In this document: positions 26,546-36,181 of the stretch, piece by piece
Layout: each line of letters starts with the position of its first letter
Position numbering within the stretch: the first letter of the stretch is position 1
From: a virus
Length of the DNA stretch: 64,000 bases
Direction: 5' to 3' (one strand)
Virus record (IMG/VR): IMGVR_UViG_3300050026_000055
Span: 1 to 64,000 of that record
The notes under the pieces: generated by a model
What the model was told of the DNA's origin: nothing
What the model saw: only the letters and a program-made list of their open reading frames with translations
Databases searched by the model: none
Translations under genes and position numbers: made by a program

Positions 26546-26699
26546 GGCGATTAATGAGCAAATGGCAGAGGAAATTGGTGACGACGAATTGAACTTTGAA
26601 GAGAAAAGGATGCTTCTTCAGAAGTTCGGGGTTATACCTCCTAAGTTTACGCCGTCAGAGCGAAATCTAATCCTGAAGGACGAGAGGAAGGCTCGGTAA
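26514..26699 (+). CDS. hypothetical protein
   Basis: ATG 26514. Confidence 0.5.
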   Translation: MTTSLNDKVIKAINEQMAEEIGDDELNFEEKRMLLQKFGVIPPKFTPSERNLILKDERKAR

Positions 26700-26874
26700 T
26701 GCACACGCCAGAAGAGTTTGCAGAAGAAATGCAAACAGCATGTAACTTGTATTATGGCGATGAAGAGACGGCGCATATAACGGCTGATGATATACTGATG
26801 GAACAGTTGGAAGAATTAGGTTACAGTGCTGGCGTAGAAATCTTCCGGCAGAATCAAGAACGGTGGTGGTACGC

Positions 26875-27153
26875 ATGAACCCAGATTTTGTACCTTACAA
26901 TGGGACTAAGCTTATTGACGAGCGAAGCCCAGATGAAGTCATGTGGGTAACATCCACTAGTGTACACAGTGGTTCTATATTTGTCGAAGCTGTAGAGTTA
27001 AATGTTGTTAAAGAGGTTTTTCGTAAAACACTGTTTAATTATACGGCTCATTCACCATATTTGCATATGATGTCGGTAGACGATCTAATACGCCTTGATG
27101 CTGATAATTTTGATGAAATGATGAACGAGGCGCTGGCGCATTATGGACACTAA
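26875..27153 (+). CDS. hypothetical protein
   Basis: ORF packing. Confidence 0.55.
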   Translation: MNPDFVPYNGTKLIDERSPDEVMWVTSTSVHSGSIFVEAVELNVVKEVFRKTLFNYTAHSPYLHMMSVDDLIRLDADNFDEMMNEALAHYGH

Positions 27154-27451
27154 CAAGCAGTTAACAAGTATCGAACGCGGCAAGATAATGAAGCTATACT
27201 GGACTCAGACCAACGGTGTTGTGGCTGCTTGTGGTCATAAACTAGGAGAGCACGCAGAACCTAAAAACAACTGCACAGATTGCTGGGTAGCGTTTTTCAC
27301 CAATCACGGTGAGCTGACACAGCTTGCTGAAGAGTGTTTTCAAAAAGAAGGACGAGCGGTGTTAGTTAATTTCCGTGGTGAGAAGTTCGTCAAGCAGTTT
27401 TTACGATTCATAGGAACACTGGCAGCTAGCCTAAAAGGAGCGAATGAGTAA
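27143..27451 (+). CDS. hypothetical protein with CGH/CxxC
   Basis: overlap packing. Confidence 0.65.
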   Translation: MDTNKQLTSIERGKIMKLYWTQTNGVVAACGHKLGEHAEPKNNCTDCWVAFFTNHGELTQLAEECFQKEGRAVLVNFRGEKFVKQFLRFIGTLAASLKGANE

Positions 27452-28535
27452 AGCGTTAGACGAGTTAAAGAGTATAGTAGATGAACCTAAGAAAGCGGCA
27501 GCAGTCGTTAAGTCGGCTGCTCCACAGACGATGGCTGAGAAGTGGAAGGTATTAGACCGTCTTGAAAAAAGTCTGAATGAGCAGCTCAAGACAACTACAT
27601 CACTTGTTAAGTTAGGCAGCAAAGTTGGTCAACTAATGCCTAGCATTAGCACCGGGTTGTACACACTGGACTTCGGCGCTATCGGTTGCGGCGGTATTCC
27701 TAGAGGCAGAATCATTGAGCTATTCGGACCGGAATCGTCCGGTAAGACTACAATAGCTCTGCATGTCGTTGGCATGGAACAAAAGAATGGCGCTATCTGT
27801 GCTTTTATTGATGCAGAACACGCTCTTGATCCGACATATGCCGCCAAGCTTGGAGTAGACGTTGACAACTTGGTGGTTAGCCAACCAGATTCAGGTGAAG
27901 ATGCATTGGAAATAGCTGAAGCATTGGTTGATTCTCAATCTGTTTCATTGATAGTTATAGACTCTGTGGCCGCACTTGTGCCACAAGCAGAGTTAGATGG
28001 CGAAATGGGCGAGTCTCATATGGGCCTACAGGCTCGGTTGATGTCTCAAGCATGTCGTAAACTTCGTGGTAAATGTGCTGTAAATGGCGTTACCATTGTG
28101 TTCATTAACCAGATTCGTGAGAAGATTGGTGTAATGTTCGGAAGTCCTGAGACTACGACTGGTGGCAGAGCGTTGAAGTTTTATGCCAGTGTCAGGATTG
28201 ATGTTCGCAAGGTTTGGAAAAGTGAGATTAAGAGCGGCGAGATAATTCTCGGTCACAGCATTAAGCTGAAGATTGTGAAAAACAAGGTTGGACCGCCATT
28301 CCGAGAGGCATTTGCGACATTGATTTATGAAACAGGCATAGACATTACTTCAAACTTCTTGGACTATGCAATCGACATAGGCGCTATTCAGCAAAACGGC
28401 GCGTGGTTCGTAGTAAACGAAGAGAAGATTCAAGGCAAGGATAAAGTCAAGAAACTGTTCCTTGATGATTCTGAAGCTATGACTAATTTGAAGGTAGAAG
28501 TAGCACGTATCCAGAAGATACAGAGAGAGCAATAA
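27444..28535 (+). CDS. recA: RecA recombinase
   Basis: GPESSGKTT, IDAEHALD, VIDSVAAL, QARLMSQA, FINQIR, GGRALKFYAS. Confidence 0.97.
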   Translation: MSKALDELKSIVDEPKKAAAVVKSAAPQTMAEKWKVLDRLEKSLNEQLKTTTSLVKLGSKVGQLMPSISTGLYTLDFGAIGCGGIPRGRIIELFGPESSGKTTIALHVVGMEQKNGAICAFIDAEHALDPTYAAKLGVDVDNLVVSQPDSGEDALEIAEALVDSQSVSLIVIDSVAALVPQAELDGEMGESHMGLQARLMSQACRKLRGKCAVNGVTIVFINQIREKIGVMFGSPETTTGGRALKFYASVRIDVRKVWKSEIKSGEIILGHSIKLKIVKNKVGPPFREAFATLIYETGIDITSNFLDYAIDIGAIQQNGAWFVVNEEKIQGKDKVKKLFLDDSEAMTNLKVEVARIQKIQREQ

Positions 28536-29107
28536 TGACAAGCACGGCAGCATTAGCGGCAGTTAGAGACGAGCTGCCTTATATTAGAACATTCACTGGC
28601 AAGCGGTTTAGACATATGGACCCGTTGCCAGAGGATGTTTGTATCGAAGATATAGCGCATCATTTATCAAATATTTGTCGTTTCTCGGGCGCATGTCGTC
28701 GGTTTTACTCAGTCGCGGAGCACTCATGGCGAGTCTCTTATGTCTGCAAGCCTGAGAATACAATGTGGGGGCTGTTGCACGATGCCAGCGAAGCTTATTG
28801 TTCGGACCTTTGCCGTCCATTGAAGTACGCACCCGGACTAGAAGGTTATCGTAAATATGAGAAGCTGGCTATGAACGCAGTTTGCTGTAAATTTGGTTTA
28901 CCTTACGAAGAACCGGCAGATGTAAAGGCAGCGGATCAGATTATGCTGGCAACGGAGGGTCGCGATCTTATGGACAGTAGAGCAACGTGGGGCAGGGCGC
29001 AACCATTAGCAACGCACATTATAACGCCGATGCTTCCAAGTACAGCAGAGTCAATGTTTAAAATTAGATTTGAAGAATTGGAGAGACACCTAAAATGGAG
29101 AGGGTAA
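28535..29107 (+). CDS. HD-domain 5'-deoxynucleotidase-like protein (YfdR/YfbR family)
   Basis: DIAHHLS...CRF...YSVAEHS...LLHDASEAY. Confidence 0.85.
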   Translation: MTSTAALAAVRDELPYIRTFTGKRFRHMDPLPEDVCIEDIAHHLSNICRFSGACRRFYSVAEHSWRVSYVCKPENTMWGLLHDASEAYCSDLCRPLKYAPGLEGYRKYEKLAMNAVCCKFGLPYEEPADVKAADQIMLATEGRDLMDSRATWGRAQPLATHIITPMLPSTAESMFKIRFEELERHLKWRG

Positions 29108-29277
29108 AAGAAGCAAAGTCAGTGTTCGTATATGTCAGTAAATGTTGCAATGCTCAGGCTACCAAAGAGCCTTGCGTTAAGGTTAAGGACTCTAAAGTAC
29201 CTATGTCTTTAGGTTCATGGCACTGTTCTACCTGTGGAAAAAGCTGCTCTGTCAACAGAAGCAAAAATGTACAATAA
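29095..29277 (+). CDS. small zinc-binding hypothetical protein
   Basis: SKCC...CSTCGKSC. Confidence 0.6.
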   Translation: MERVKEAKSVFVYVSKCCNAQATKEPCVKVKDSKVPMSLGSWHCSTCGKSCSVNRSKNVQ

Positions 29278-29804
29278 TAGGTATACAGGTAGAATTGATT
29301 TAACCGGAAAGAAGTTTGGCAGGCTTACTGTATTAAAAGCACTTCCTAAAGTAAACTTTATGTATTACTGGGAAGTACAATGTGATTGTGGAACTATAAA
29401 AAAAAGTAGATGGCAAAGCTTTACGTGGCGGATTCACTGAAAGCTGCGGCTGTCTACGAATTGAGGCTAACAGAAAACGAAGACAAAAGAGGCCATTTGA
29501 ATCGTTGTATAACATACTTGTCAGCAGAGCGAAGTATAAGGTGGAGTTAACATACGAAGATTTTCTAGAATACACTAAAATCAATTGTTGTTACTATTGT
29601 GGAGCTGAAATTGTGTGGGTTCCTTATTATAAATTCTTCAAGTATAATTTAGACAGAAAAGATAGTAATAAAACCTATACTAAAGAAAACTGTGTTGTAT
29701 GCTGTACAAGATGCAACTTTGGCAAAAGCAACCGATTCACATCCGAAGAGTGGCTAATTATGACAAAAGCTTTAAAGGAATACCAAACCAAATGCAAGAG
29801 TTAG
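29267..29804 (+). pseudogene. HNH endonuclease split by one extra A in an A8 run
   Basis: Removing one A at 29398-29405 joins ...CDCGTIKK to VDGKALRGGFTESCGC... and restores a paralogue of 11696-12232. Confidence 0.8.
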
Positions 29805-30067
29805 ATTCTAGTCTCTTTGATTGGTTGACATGGCGTGGCGGTTCGTTGTATGATGTCTTTGGGATACCATGCAGGACCGCTGCGCTGATACAAAACCGTA
29901 AGATGCTGCGACGATATGCATACGGCTGGACACCGAGCTACAGGTTGATGTGCCGTCCTAAGCCTGACCAAGTAGCCATCATGTTTCACAAGAACGGCAG
30001 AGATTTTTGGTTCCATCTTAGAAAACACGAATTTGAGGCCATCTGGCCAGAACAGGTGAAACAATAA
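29792..30067 (+). CDS. hypothetical protein
   Basis: AAGGA upstream, ATG 29792. Confidence 0.6.
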   Translation: MQELDSSLFDWLTWRGGSLYDVFGIPCRTAALIQNRKMLRRYAYGWTPSYRLMCRPKPDQVAIMFHKNGRDFWFHLRKHEFEAIWPEQVKQ

Positions 30068-30203
30068 TGTTCGAGATTTTTAAAATAATTATGACTATAT
30101 CCGCCATCTTGATGGCAGTAATTTTTTGTGGCATAACTATGGTTGTGTTTATGGCAAAATACGCAAAATGGCTTTGCAAAAAAGTTTTGGGAGAAGAGTT
30201 CTA

Positions 30204-31163
30204 ATGAAACTCGAAGAGATAGGTTTCTACACAATGTCGGACGAACGCTGCGCCAAAGCAAGCGGAAGTTCTCCGTTATCGCGCTGCGAGTTGATTCTGA
30301 CTTCGCGCTGCAACTTCAAGTGCCCCTATTGCCGTAGAGTCGGCGGTGACGATCTAAAGTTTAGCGAAGCAGCTAAGACCGTGATGATGTGGGCTGCTGA
30401 CGGTCTAAAAGCCATCCGTTTCTCTGGTGGTGAGCCAACGATCTATCCCGGCATCTACGGTCTGGTTGCTATGGCTCGTGATTTAGGTATTGAACATGTA
30501 GCTATCTCTACCAACGGTTCAGCGAATCGTATCGTATACGAAAGGTTGCTGGCGTGCGGTGCTAACGATTTCTCCGTGTCTTTGGATGCTTGTTGTGCTG
30601 AAGATGGTGAGAAGATGTCTGGGGGCGTTAAAGGCTCATGGGAGACGGTTGTAGACAACATTCGGTTCCTATCCAGCAAGACTTATGTGACGGTTGGTGT
30701 AGTATTGACCCCGTTTAACATTGCTTCCGTCAACAGCATTATTGAGTTTGCTGACTCTTTAGGAGTTGCCGACATTCGCATTATACCGGCAGCGCAGGAC
30801 GGCGATTCGCTGAAAGAAGTGAAAGTCAGAGATTATATATTGAAAAAGCATCCGATACTTAGTTACCGAATTGCTAATATCAAAGCAGGCAAGTCTGTTC
30901 GCGGCTTGGAATCTTGTGATTATAATCGCTGCGGTCTAGCGTTGGATGATATGGCAGTGTGTGGCAACAAACATTATCCGTGTATTATTTACATGCGTGA
31001 GTCCGGTAAACCTATCGGAGATGTAGGTCCGAATATGCGCCAAGAGCGCGAAGCATGGGCGTTGACTCACAATACGTGCGCTGATCCGATCTGTTCAAAG
31101 AATTGTTTGGATGTGTGCCGAGATTATAATAACAAATTTGTCGATTTGCTATGGACAAAATGA
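30204..31163 (+). CDS. radical SAM enzyme with Cys-rich C-terminal (SPASM/twitch-like) region
   Basis: CNFKCPYC, FSGGEP, STNG, SVSLD. Confidence 0.9.
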   Translation: MKLEEIGFYTMSDERCAKASGSSPLSRCELILTSRCNFKCPYCRRVGGDDLKFSEAAKTVMMWAADGLKAIRFSGGEPTIYPGIYGLVAMARDLGIEHVAISTNGSANRIVYERLLACGANDFSVSLDACCAEDGEKMSGGVKGSWETVVDNIRFLSSKTYVTVGVVLTPFNIASVNSIIEFADSLGVADIRIIPAAQDGDSLKEVKVRDYILKKHPILSYRIANIKAGKSVRGLESCDYNRCGLALDDMAVCGNKHYPCIIYMRESGKPIGDVGPNMRQEREAWALTHNTCADPICSKNCLDVCRDYNNKFVDLLWTK

Positions 31164-31180
31164 CTGAAAGGGTGTATAAT
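31152..31180 (+). promoter_or_regulatory. promoter, probably giving a leaderless PP2C mRNA
   Basis: TGGACA-17-TATAAT; ATG begins 7 nt after the -10. Confidence 0.55.
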
Positions 31181-31186
31181 AGGAAA

Positions 31187-32014
31187 ATGAAAATCACAGA
31201 GGCGACAGCACAAGGACCGCTACCTTACCAAGAGGATCGTAAGATTGTCTATCAAGACATGGACGGCAACACGCTGCTGGCTGTTTTTGACGGTCACGGC
31301 GGGGATACGGCAGCAGTTCTGGCTGCTTCCAGTTTAGTTGACAGTTATTTGACTCGCCAGCATTGCGAAAATAAAATTGGAATACTGACTGGCATTTTTG
31401 AAGATTTAGACTTCGTTACATCGGCGTCTGAGTCAGGCACCACAGCTTCAATTGTTTATATAAATCCAAACCAAGACAAAGCATATGTGGCTGTGCTTGG
31501 TGATTCTCCGGTACTGATTTGCGGAAAAGAAGGATTGATAGTTAGCCCTGAGCACAACATAAGGTCTAATGCTGTAGAACTGTCGCGTGCTGTTCAGCGC
31601 GGCGGGTATGAATTCAACGGTTATGTATTTGGTCCGTCTAAAAATTGGAACGAACCGTCAAAGGGGTTGCAGATGTCACGTGCGTTAGGTGATCGTGACT
31701 TACGCCAAATTTTGTCACAGAAGCCTGAGACATATAGCGTCAATCTTGACGGCGATAGTTATGTTTTAGTTGCGACGGACGGACTATTTGATCCTAAGCA
31801 TCAAGACGTGGATGCAGCAAATCGCATACATGATTTCATTGTCAATGGCAAAGTAAATGCTAACGCTTTAGTTGATTATGCGCTTACGCACCTTAACAAC
31901 GACAATGTGACCGTCATTCTGGCTCATATGAATGATACAGCAGACGTATTGTTTGCTTTTGGCAACAATCTTAATTATTCTAAAACAGAGCGTACCAGTA
32001 GCCTAGCGGCTTAG
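31187..32014 (+). CDS. PP2C/PPM Ser/Thr phosphatase
   Basis: QED, VFDGHGG, SGTTA, LGDS, MSRALGD, ATDGLFD, DNVT. Confidence 0.92.
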   Translation: MKITEATAQGPLPYQEDRKIVYQDMDGNTLLAVFDGHGGDTAAVLAASSLVDSYLTRQHCENKIGILTGIFEDLDFVTSASESGTTASIVYINPNQDKAYVAVLGDSPVLICGKEGLIVSPEHNIRSNAVELSRAVQRGGYEFNGYVFGPSKNWNEPSKGLQMSRALGDRDLRQILSQKPETYSVNLDGDSYVLVATDGLFDPKHQDVDAANRIHDFIVNGKVNANALVDYALTHLNNDNVTVILAHMNDTADVLFAFGNNLNYSKTERTSSLAA

Positions 32015-32026
32015 AGAGAGGGTATT

Positions 32027-33100
32027 TTGAAGGTAACACGGTTTCTTGATACAAATTTAGAAAGTACGAGAGGCAAAGTAATCCGAGAAAGTCTAGAGAA
32101 TAAGATTATCGGACAACCAGAGGCGATTGATGCGCTCGTTAGTACATCTGAAAAGTTCCACAGCCAACTGTTTGACAACAGTCGGCCGATAGCTAGTCTA
32201 TTGTTTCTCGGACCTACTGGTACAGGAAAGACTCGCACTGTGGAAGCGTATTGTGAGGCGTTATTTTCAAATGCCAATGCCTGCATCAAGATTGATTGCG
32301 GAGAGTATCAACTAGACCATGAAATTACCAAGCTAGTTGGTTCGCCTCCCGGTTATCTTGGTCACTCTGCGACAGCTCCACGCTTTAATACTGAAAAGGT
32401 ACGCGAGCATTGGACAGAGCAATATCCGTTGACTGTGATTCTTTTCGATGAAATTGAAAAGGCAAGTCCTGATCTTCAAAATATTTTGCTTGGTATTTTG
32501 GACAAAGGAGTTATCACCACAGGCAGAAACGAGCGAGTTGATCTTACCAAGAGCATCGTCGTTATGACTTCAAACGAGGGGTCAGCGAAGATGAATCAAG
32601 CATTAGAAGGTGGTATGGGGTTTGGTGGAATGACAGGAGCCAATACTCACGAAATCAACAGCATCGGACTGGCGGCTGTACGTCATAAATTTTCACCAGA
32701 GTTTGTCAATCGCTTAGATAAGATAGTGACATTCAATTCTTTGTCTAAGGCAAACATAACAAAGGTGTTGTTTACGGAAATACACCGTCTTCAGGATACC
32801 ATTTTTCAGAAAACCTTTGCTGCACCGTTGCTAAGGATTTCCAACAAAGCGAAGGAAGCGTTGGTAGCGGAAGGATTTGATCCGAAGTATAATGCTCGTA
32901 ATATCCGGCGTGTACTTGAACACAATATTCAAGAACCTCTGGCTAGAGCAATTGCCAGCGAACAATTAAAGCACTCGGAGACGATTTTTGTTGACATTAA
33001 CAAGTCGGGGGCGTATACTTTCGGTGTAGTCGATGATCCAGAAAATAGCAAAAAAGCTATAGCATGTCCTAATCCAAAGATCGAGAGAGGTATGAATTGA
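32027..33100 (+). CDS. single-ring ClpB/ClpA-like AAA+ ATPase (second nucleotide-binding domain only)
   Basis: IIGQPEA, GPTGTGKT, KLVGSPPGYLG, FDEIEKA, MTSN, PEFVNRLD. Confidence 0.88.
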   Translation: MKVTRFLDTNLESTRGKVIRESLENKIIGQPEAIDALVSTSEKFHSQLFDNSRPIASLLFLGPTGTGKTRTVEAYCEALFSNANACIKIDCGEYQLDHEITKLVGSPPGYLGHSATAPRFNTEKVREHWTEQYPLTVILFDEIEKASPDLQNILLGILDKGVITTGRNERVDLTKSIVVMTSNEGSAKMNQALEGGMGFGGMTGANTHEINSIGLAAVRHKFSPEFVNRLDKIVTFNSLSKANITKVLFTEIHRLQDTIFQKTFAAPLLRISNKAKEALVAEGFDPKYNARNIRRVLEHNIQEPLARAIASEQLKHSETIFVDINKSGAYTFGVVDDPENSKKAIACPNPKIERGMN

Positions 33101-33510
33101 GAGCGGAGGCAGTTGGATTTACAGGAACATCACAAATCGGTGCAGTAACCGCCAAGCAGTTAAAAGATGGTGAGCGGTTACTGTACTCACTGTATTCGGA
33201 AGGATACAAAGAGTTCCACCACGGAGACTGTATAGGAGCTGACGAACAGTTTCATGCTATTGCCAAGCGCATTGGCTTTAAAATTATCATACATCCACCG
33301 GAGAACAATAGCAAGCGCGCTTTTTGTTTTGGTGCAGACACAGTTTTAGAAGAAAAAGCTTATCTAATACGCAATCACGACATTGTTGATGAGACTAATG
33401 TATTGATTGCTGTTCCTAAATCAGCAGCGGAGGAGTTGCGGAGCGGAACATGGGCCACTGTTCGATATGCTCGTAAAGCGAAGCATCGTATTTACATATT
33501 AATGCCGTAA
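33097..33510 (+). CDS. SLOG-superfamily (DprA/YpsA-like Rossmann) protein
   Basis: VGFTG, HGDCIGAD, RNHDIVD, SGTWATVRYA. Confidence 0.72.
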   Translation: MRAEAVGFTGTSQIGAVTAKQLKDGERLLYSLYSEGYKEFHHGDCIGADEQFHAIAKRIGFKIIIHPPENNSKRAFCFGADTVLEEKAYLIRNHDIVDETNVLIAVPKSAAEELRSGTWATVRYARKAKHRIYILMP

Positions 33511-33518
33511 AGGAGATT

Positions 33519-33767
33519 ATGCCATATATTAAAACTGAGGGCAGAGACACATTGGACAAATTAATTCGGCAGTTTGGTCCAATGTCGGCAGGTGAATTAA
33601 ATTATTGCATGACGCGATTGTGCTCTAGATTTCTGGCATCTCGCATGAACTATGAAGGTATCGCTTTGGTAACAGGCGTGATCGAGAACGTCAAGCAAGA
33701 ACTGTACCGACGCGTGGCCACTCCTTACGAAGATCAGAAAATGAAAGCGCACGGCGATGTCTATTAG
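33519..33767 (+). CDS. small phage hypothetical protein
   Basis: MPYIK...GELNY...ELYRRV..PYED.K...GDV; AAGGAG SD. Confidence 0.75.
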   Translation: MPYIKTEGRDTLDKLIRQFGPMSAGELNYCMTRLCSRFLASRMNYEGIALVTGVIENVKQELYRRVATPYEDQKMKAHGDVY

Positions 33768-33776
33768 GAGTTAATA

Positions 33777-34328
33777 ATGAAGTTAGCAACACTGTGCTCT
33801 CATGTTGATCGTAAACATTACAGCAAAGGTCTTTGTGAATCTTGTTATAAAACTTACACCAACCGAAACAATCCTGTAGCCAGATTACAAGCAAGGGCGA
33901 GATACAATAAATGGAAGGCCGCTAATCCAGGCAAAACGGCTGAATATAATAAAAAAAGTCGTGAAAAATATCGTGCTCCTTGTAGGCGGTGTGGTGCTAC
34001 AATGCCGTTTCCGTCAATGGGCAAGAGATATTGCAATGAATGTTTGCCATTGGTTAGAAAAGATGGCAACACAAAAAGATATGAACTGCTGTCGGTAGAG
34101 TGGGATGAATACAAGCGCAGTTTAGGATGTTCAAGGTGTGGTTACAACAGGTGCGGAGCTGCTCTTGATTTTCATCATTTTGATGATAATAAAGAGCAGC
34201 GTATAACAGTCTCAAGTTGGAAGATGCCAAAAAGCCAAAACGAAATAAGTAAATGTGTTTTGTTATGTTCTAATTGTCATCGCGAAATTCATAATGGTAT
34301 AAAGGAAAAGATATGCGAGACTTTTTAG
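33777..34328 (+). CDS. HNH endonuclease
   Basis: CSRCGY...LDFHH...EISKCVLLCSNCHREIH. Confidence 0.85.
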   Translation: MKLATLCSHVDRKHYSKGLCESCYKTYTNRNNPVARLQARARYNKWKAANPGKTAEYNKKSREKYRAPCRRCGATMPFPSMGKRYCNECLPLVRKDGNTKRYELLSVEWDEYKRSLGCSRCGYNRCGAALDFHHFDDNKEQRITVSSWKMPKSQNEISKCVLLCSNCHREIHNGIKEKICETF

Positions 34329-34837
34329 TTTATTTGGCCGGACCTATCGACGGACTTCTGTATAGTGAAGGTCAAGATTGGCGTAACTATGTCTCTACGC
34401 GCCTCCCTGTTGAAATACGGGGCATTTCTCCGCTACGCGGCAAGGCTCAACAGAACAGCCGTCTGGGTAAAATTTCAGGAACCAATGAGTCCTGCCCGTT
34501 GACTTCGCAAGCTGGATTGACGACTCGGGATCGTAATGATTGTATCCGTGCTGATGCAGTCATTGTGAATCTCTTGGGGGCTACGAAAGTTAGTATTGGA
34601 ACCATGATTGAGGTCGGTTGGGCAGATTTGTCAAGACGGCCTTTGATTCTGGTGATCGAAAAGCAGGGAAATATCCACGATCATCCGATGCTCAAACATT
34701 GTGCCGGATTTAGGGTTGAGAGTCTAGATGAAGCCGTTAGCGTCTGCACGGCCATTTTGATGCCGGAAGGTTATGGAACAAATAGGACGCTTGACGAATT
34801 AGAAATTGAAGAGTTAGTTCCTAAGTGGCATGAATAA
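34313..34837 (+). CDS. nucleoside 2-deoxyribosyltransferase-like protein
   Basis: VYLAGPI, SPLR, RD...ADAVIV, SIGTMIEVGWA. Confidence 0.85.
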   Translation: MRDFLVYLAGPIDGLLYSEGQDWRNYVSTRLPVEIRGISPLRGKAQQNSRLGKISGTNESCPLTSQAGLTTRDRNDCIRADAVIVNLLGATKVSIGTMIEVGWADLSRRPLILVIEKQGNIHDHPMLKHCAGFRVESLDEAVSVCTAILMPEGYGTNRTLDELEIEELVPKWHE

Positions 34838-34841
34838 AGAC

Positions 34842-34876
34842 AAAAAAAGAAGGACAGCTTTTTAGGCTGTCCTTTT
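34842..34876. terminator. bidirectional terminator between the convergent genome arms
   Basis: A7, AAGGACAGC/GCTGTCCTT stem, T-run. Confidence 0.85.
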
Positions 34877-34879
34877 GTG

Positions 34880-35563
34880 TTATAACAAAAATTTAACTAA
34901 GAATCCCGAAACAAATCCTGCACCAAACCATCGTTTCTTAGCCTTGCGGTCTGCCGCTTTCACAGCGGCGATTTCTGTTTTACAAGCAACATTGCTGTCT
35001 ACGATTTGTTTATTCAATCCTACAATCAAGTTTGTCTTGTCATTGAGTAGTATTCCTAATCCTGTGATCTGTTTGTCCTTATTGGCATTAACCGTGGTCA
35101 AATCAGTAACGCTGGTTTGCAAAACAGGAATACGTTCCAGTTGGTTGACTGTTGAGCGTGCTCCTTGATCTGTAACGGTAATGCCAGTAGTGGTAGCAGC
35201 AATATCGCTGTCACCGAGATTGCCCAAAGCCTTCCAGCGATTAGCTAGTTCAGGCAAGGGAAGAGTCTTGTCGATTGCTTGCTGCTTCGACAATGCAGCA
35301 TTATTGGCCGCTATCGTAGCAAGTAGTACTTGATTCTGATGAGTAAGGCTGGCTACCATTGCTTGATATTGAGCCTGCTGTGAAGCGGTCTGAGATGCTA
35401 ATGCAGCGTTAGATTGCTCCTGCTTAACTAATGCCGCCTGAGCCGCAGCAGCTTTACCGGCAGTCTCCGCAGCCGAATAATTCAAGTACTTATTGCCTAC
35501 AAATAAAAGACCAGTCATAACAATAAACGTTATGACTGTCTTTTCTAACTCTTTAAATGTCAT
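34880..35563 (-). CDS. putative spanin-like lysis accessory protein
   Basis: N-terminal TM, long coiled coil, C-terminal Gly-rich hydrophobic segment; last gene of the late arm. Confidence 0.5.
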   Translation of the reverse strand: MTFKELEKTVITFIVMTGLLFVGNKYLNYSAAETAGKAAAAQAALVKQEQSNAALASQTASQQAQYQAMVASLTHQNQVLLATIAANNAALSKQQAIDKTLPLPELANRWKALGNLGDSDIAATTTGITVTDQGARSTVNQLERIPVLQTSVTDLTTVNANKDKQITGLGILLNDKTNLIVGLNKQIVDSNVACKTEIAAVKAADRKAKKRWFGAGFVSGFLVKFLL

Positions 35564-35931
35564 TTTACTCCTTTGCCAACATCTCTATCTAACAAAACTT
35601 CATACAGCAGTCCCTTAGCATTAAAAATAACGGCGCATAAAACCTCTTGCAAATCAGGGTCGTTTGCTTCTTTAGAATATCCACGATGAATTAGTCTGGC
35701 ATCCATAAAGTGACGCGATAATGACTTCATGTACGCATCTCTAGGTATTCCCAATGTCCAGTTATCCGAATTACGCATCGTGCCGTCCTTCTGCTTTCTA
35801 TGCTTGTGCATATACTGTGCATATCTTTTTTCAACGATAGGCGACAGAAATCCTTCATAGTCAATCTTCTCATTATCATTGTCGCGAGTTGCCCCCGATG
35901 TAAACTCTCGCAAATAATTACCTTCGCTCAA
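35560..35931 (-). CDS. dATP/dGTP diphosphohydrolase-domain protein (DUF5664-like)
   Basis: FTSGATRD...K...NW..GIP...S..RH. Confidence 0.7.
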   Translation of the reverse strand: MSEGNYLREFTSGATRDNDNEKIDYEGFLSPIVEKRYAQYMHKHRKQKDGTMRNSDNWTLGIPRDAYMKSLSRHFMDARLIHRGYSKEANDPDLQEVLCAVIFNAKGLLYEVLLDRDVGKGVK

Positions 35932-36109
35932 ATTTCCTCCCTAATTTTTCAAACATCCGATCAAACCAATACCAACGAATTATAGATAACGCTGTGCTTG
36001 TTTTCTTTGTTATTTTATACGATTTGCCTTGTAAGAGGATAATATCTCCTACATCATTGTCCTCTATCTCAGCGCCGTCATAATTCCAGCTTACCATTTT
36101 CTCCTCCAA
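35918..36109 (-). CDS. hypothetical protein
   Basis: ORF packing; start uncertain. Confidence 0.55.
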   Translation of the reverse strand: MEEKMVSWNYDGAEIEDNDVGDIILLQGKSYKITKKTSTALSIIRWYWFDRMFEKLGRKFERR

Positions 36110-36181
36110 AGAGATAGCAGAATGCTGACACCAAGCACAACAAGAACTACAAACAGAAATTCAATTAACTTTTCCATAGTA

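Noticed and set aside
30204-31163. Viperin, QueE or MoaA assignment for the radical SAM protein
   Set aside because: No family-specific motifs or pathway neighbours recognisable; left unassigned
28535-35931. 2-aminoadenine (Z) genome pathway
   Set aside because: HD and diphosphohydrolase genes are present, but no PurZ/PurA homologue or polymerase is in the window
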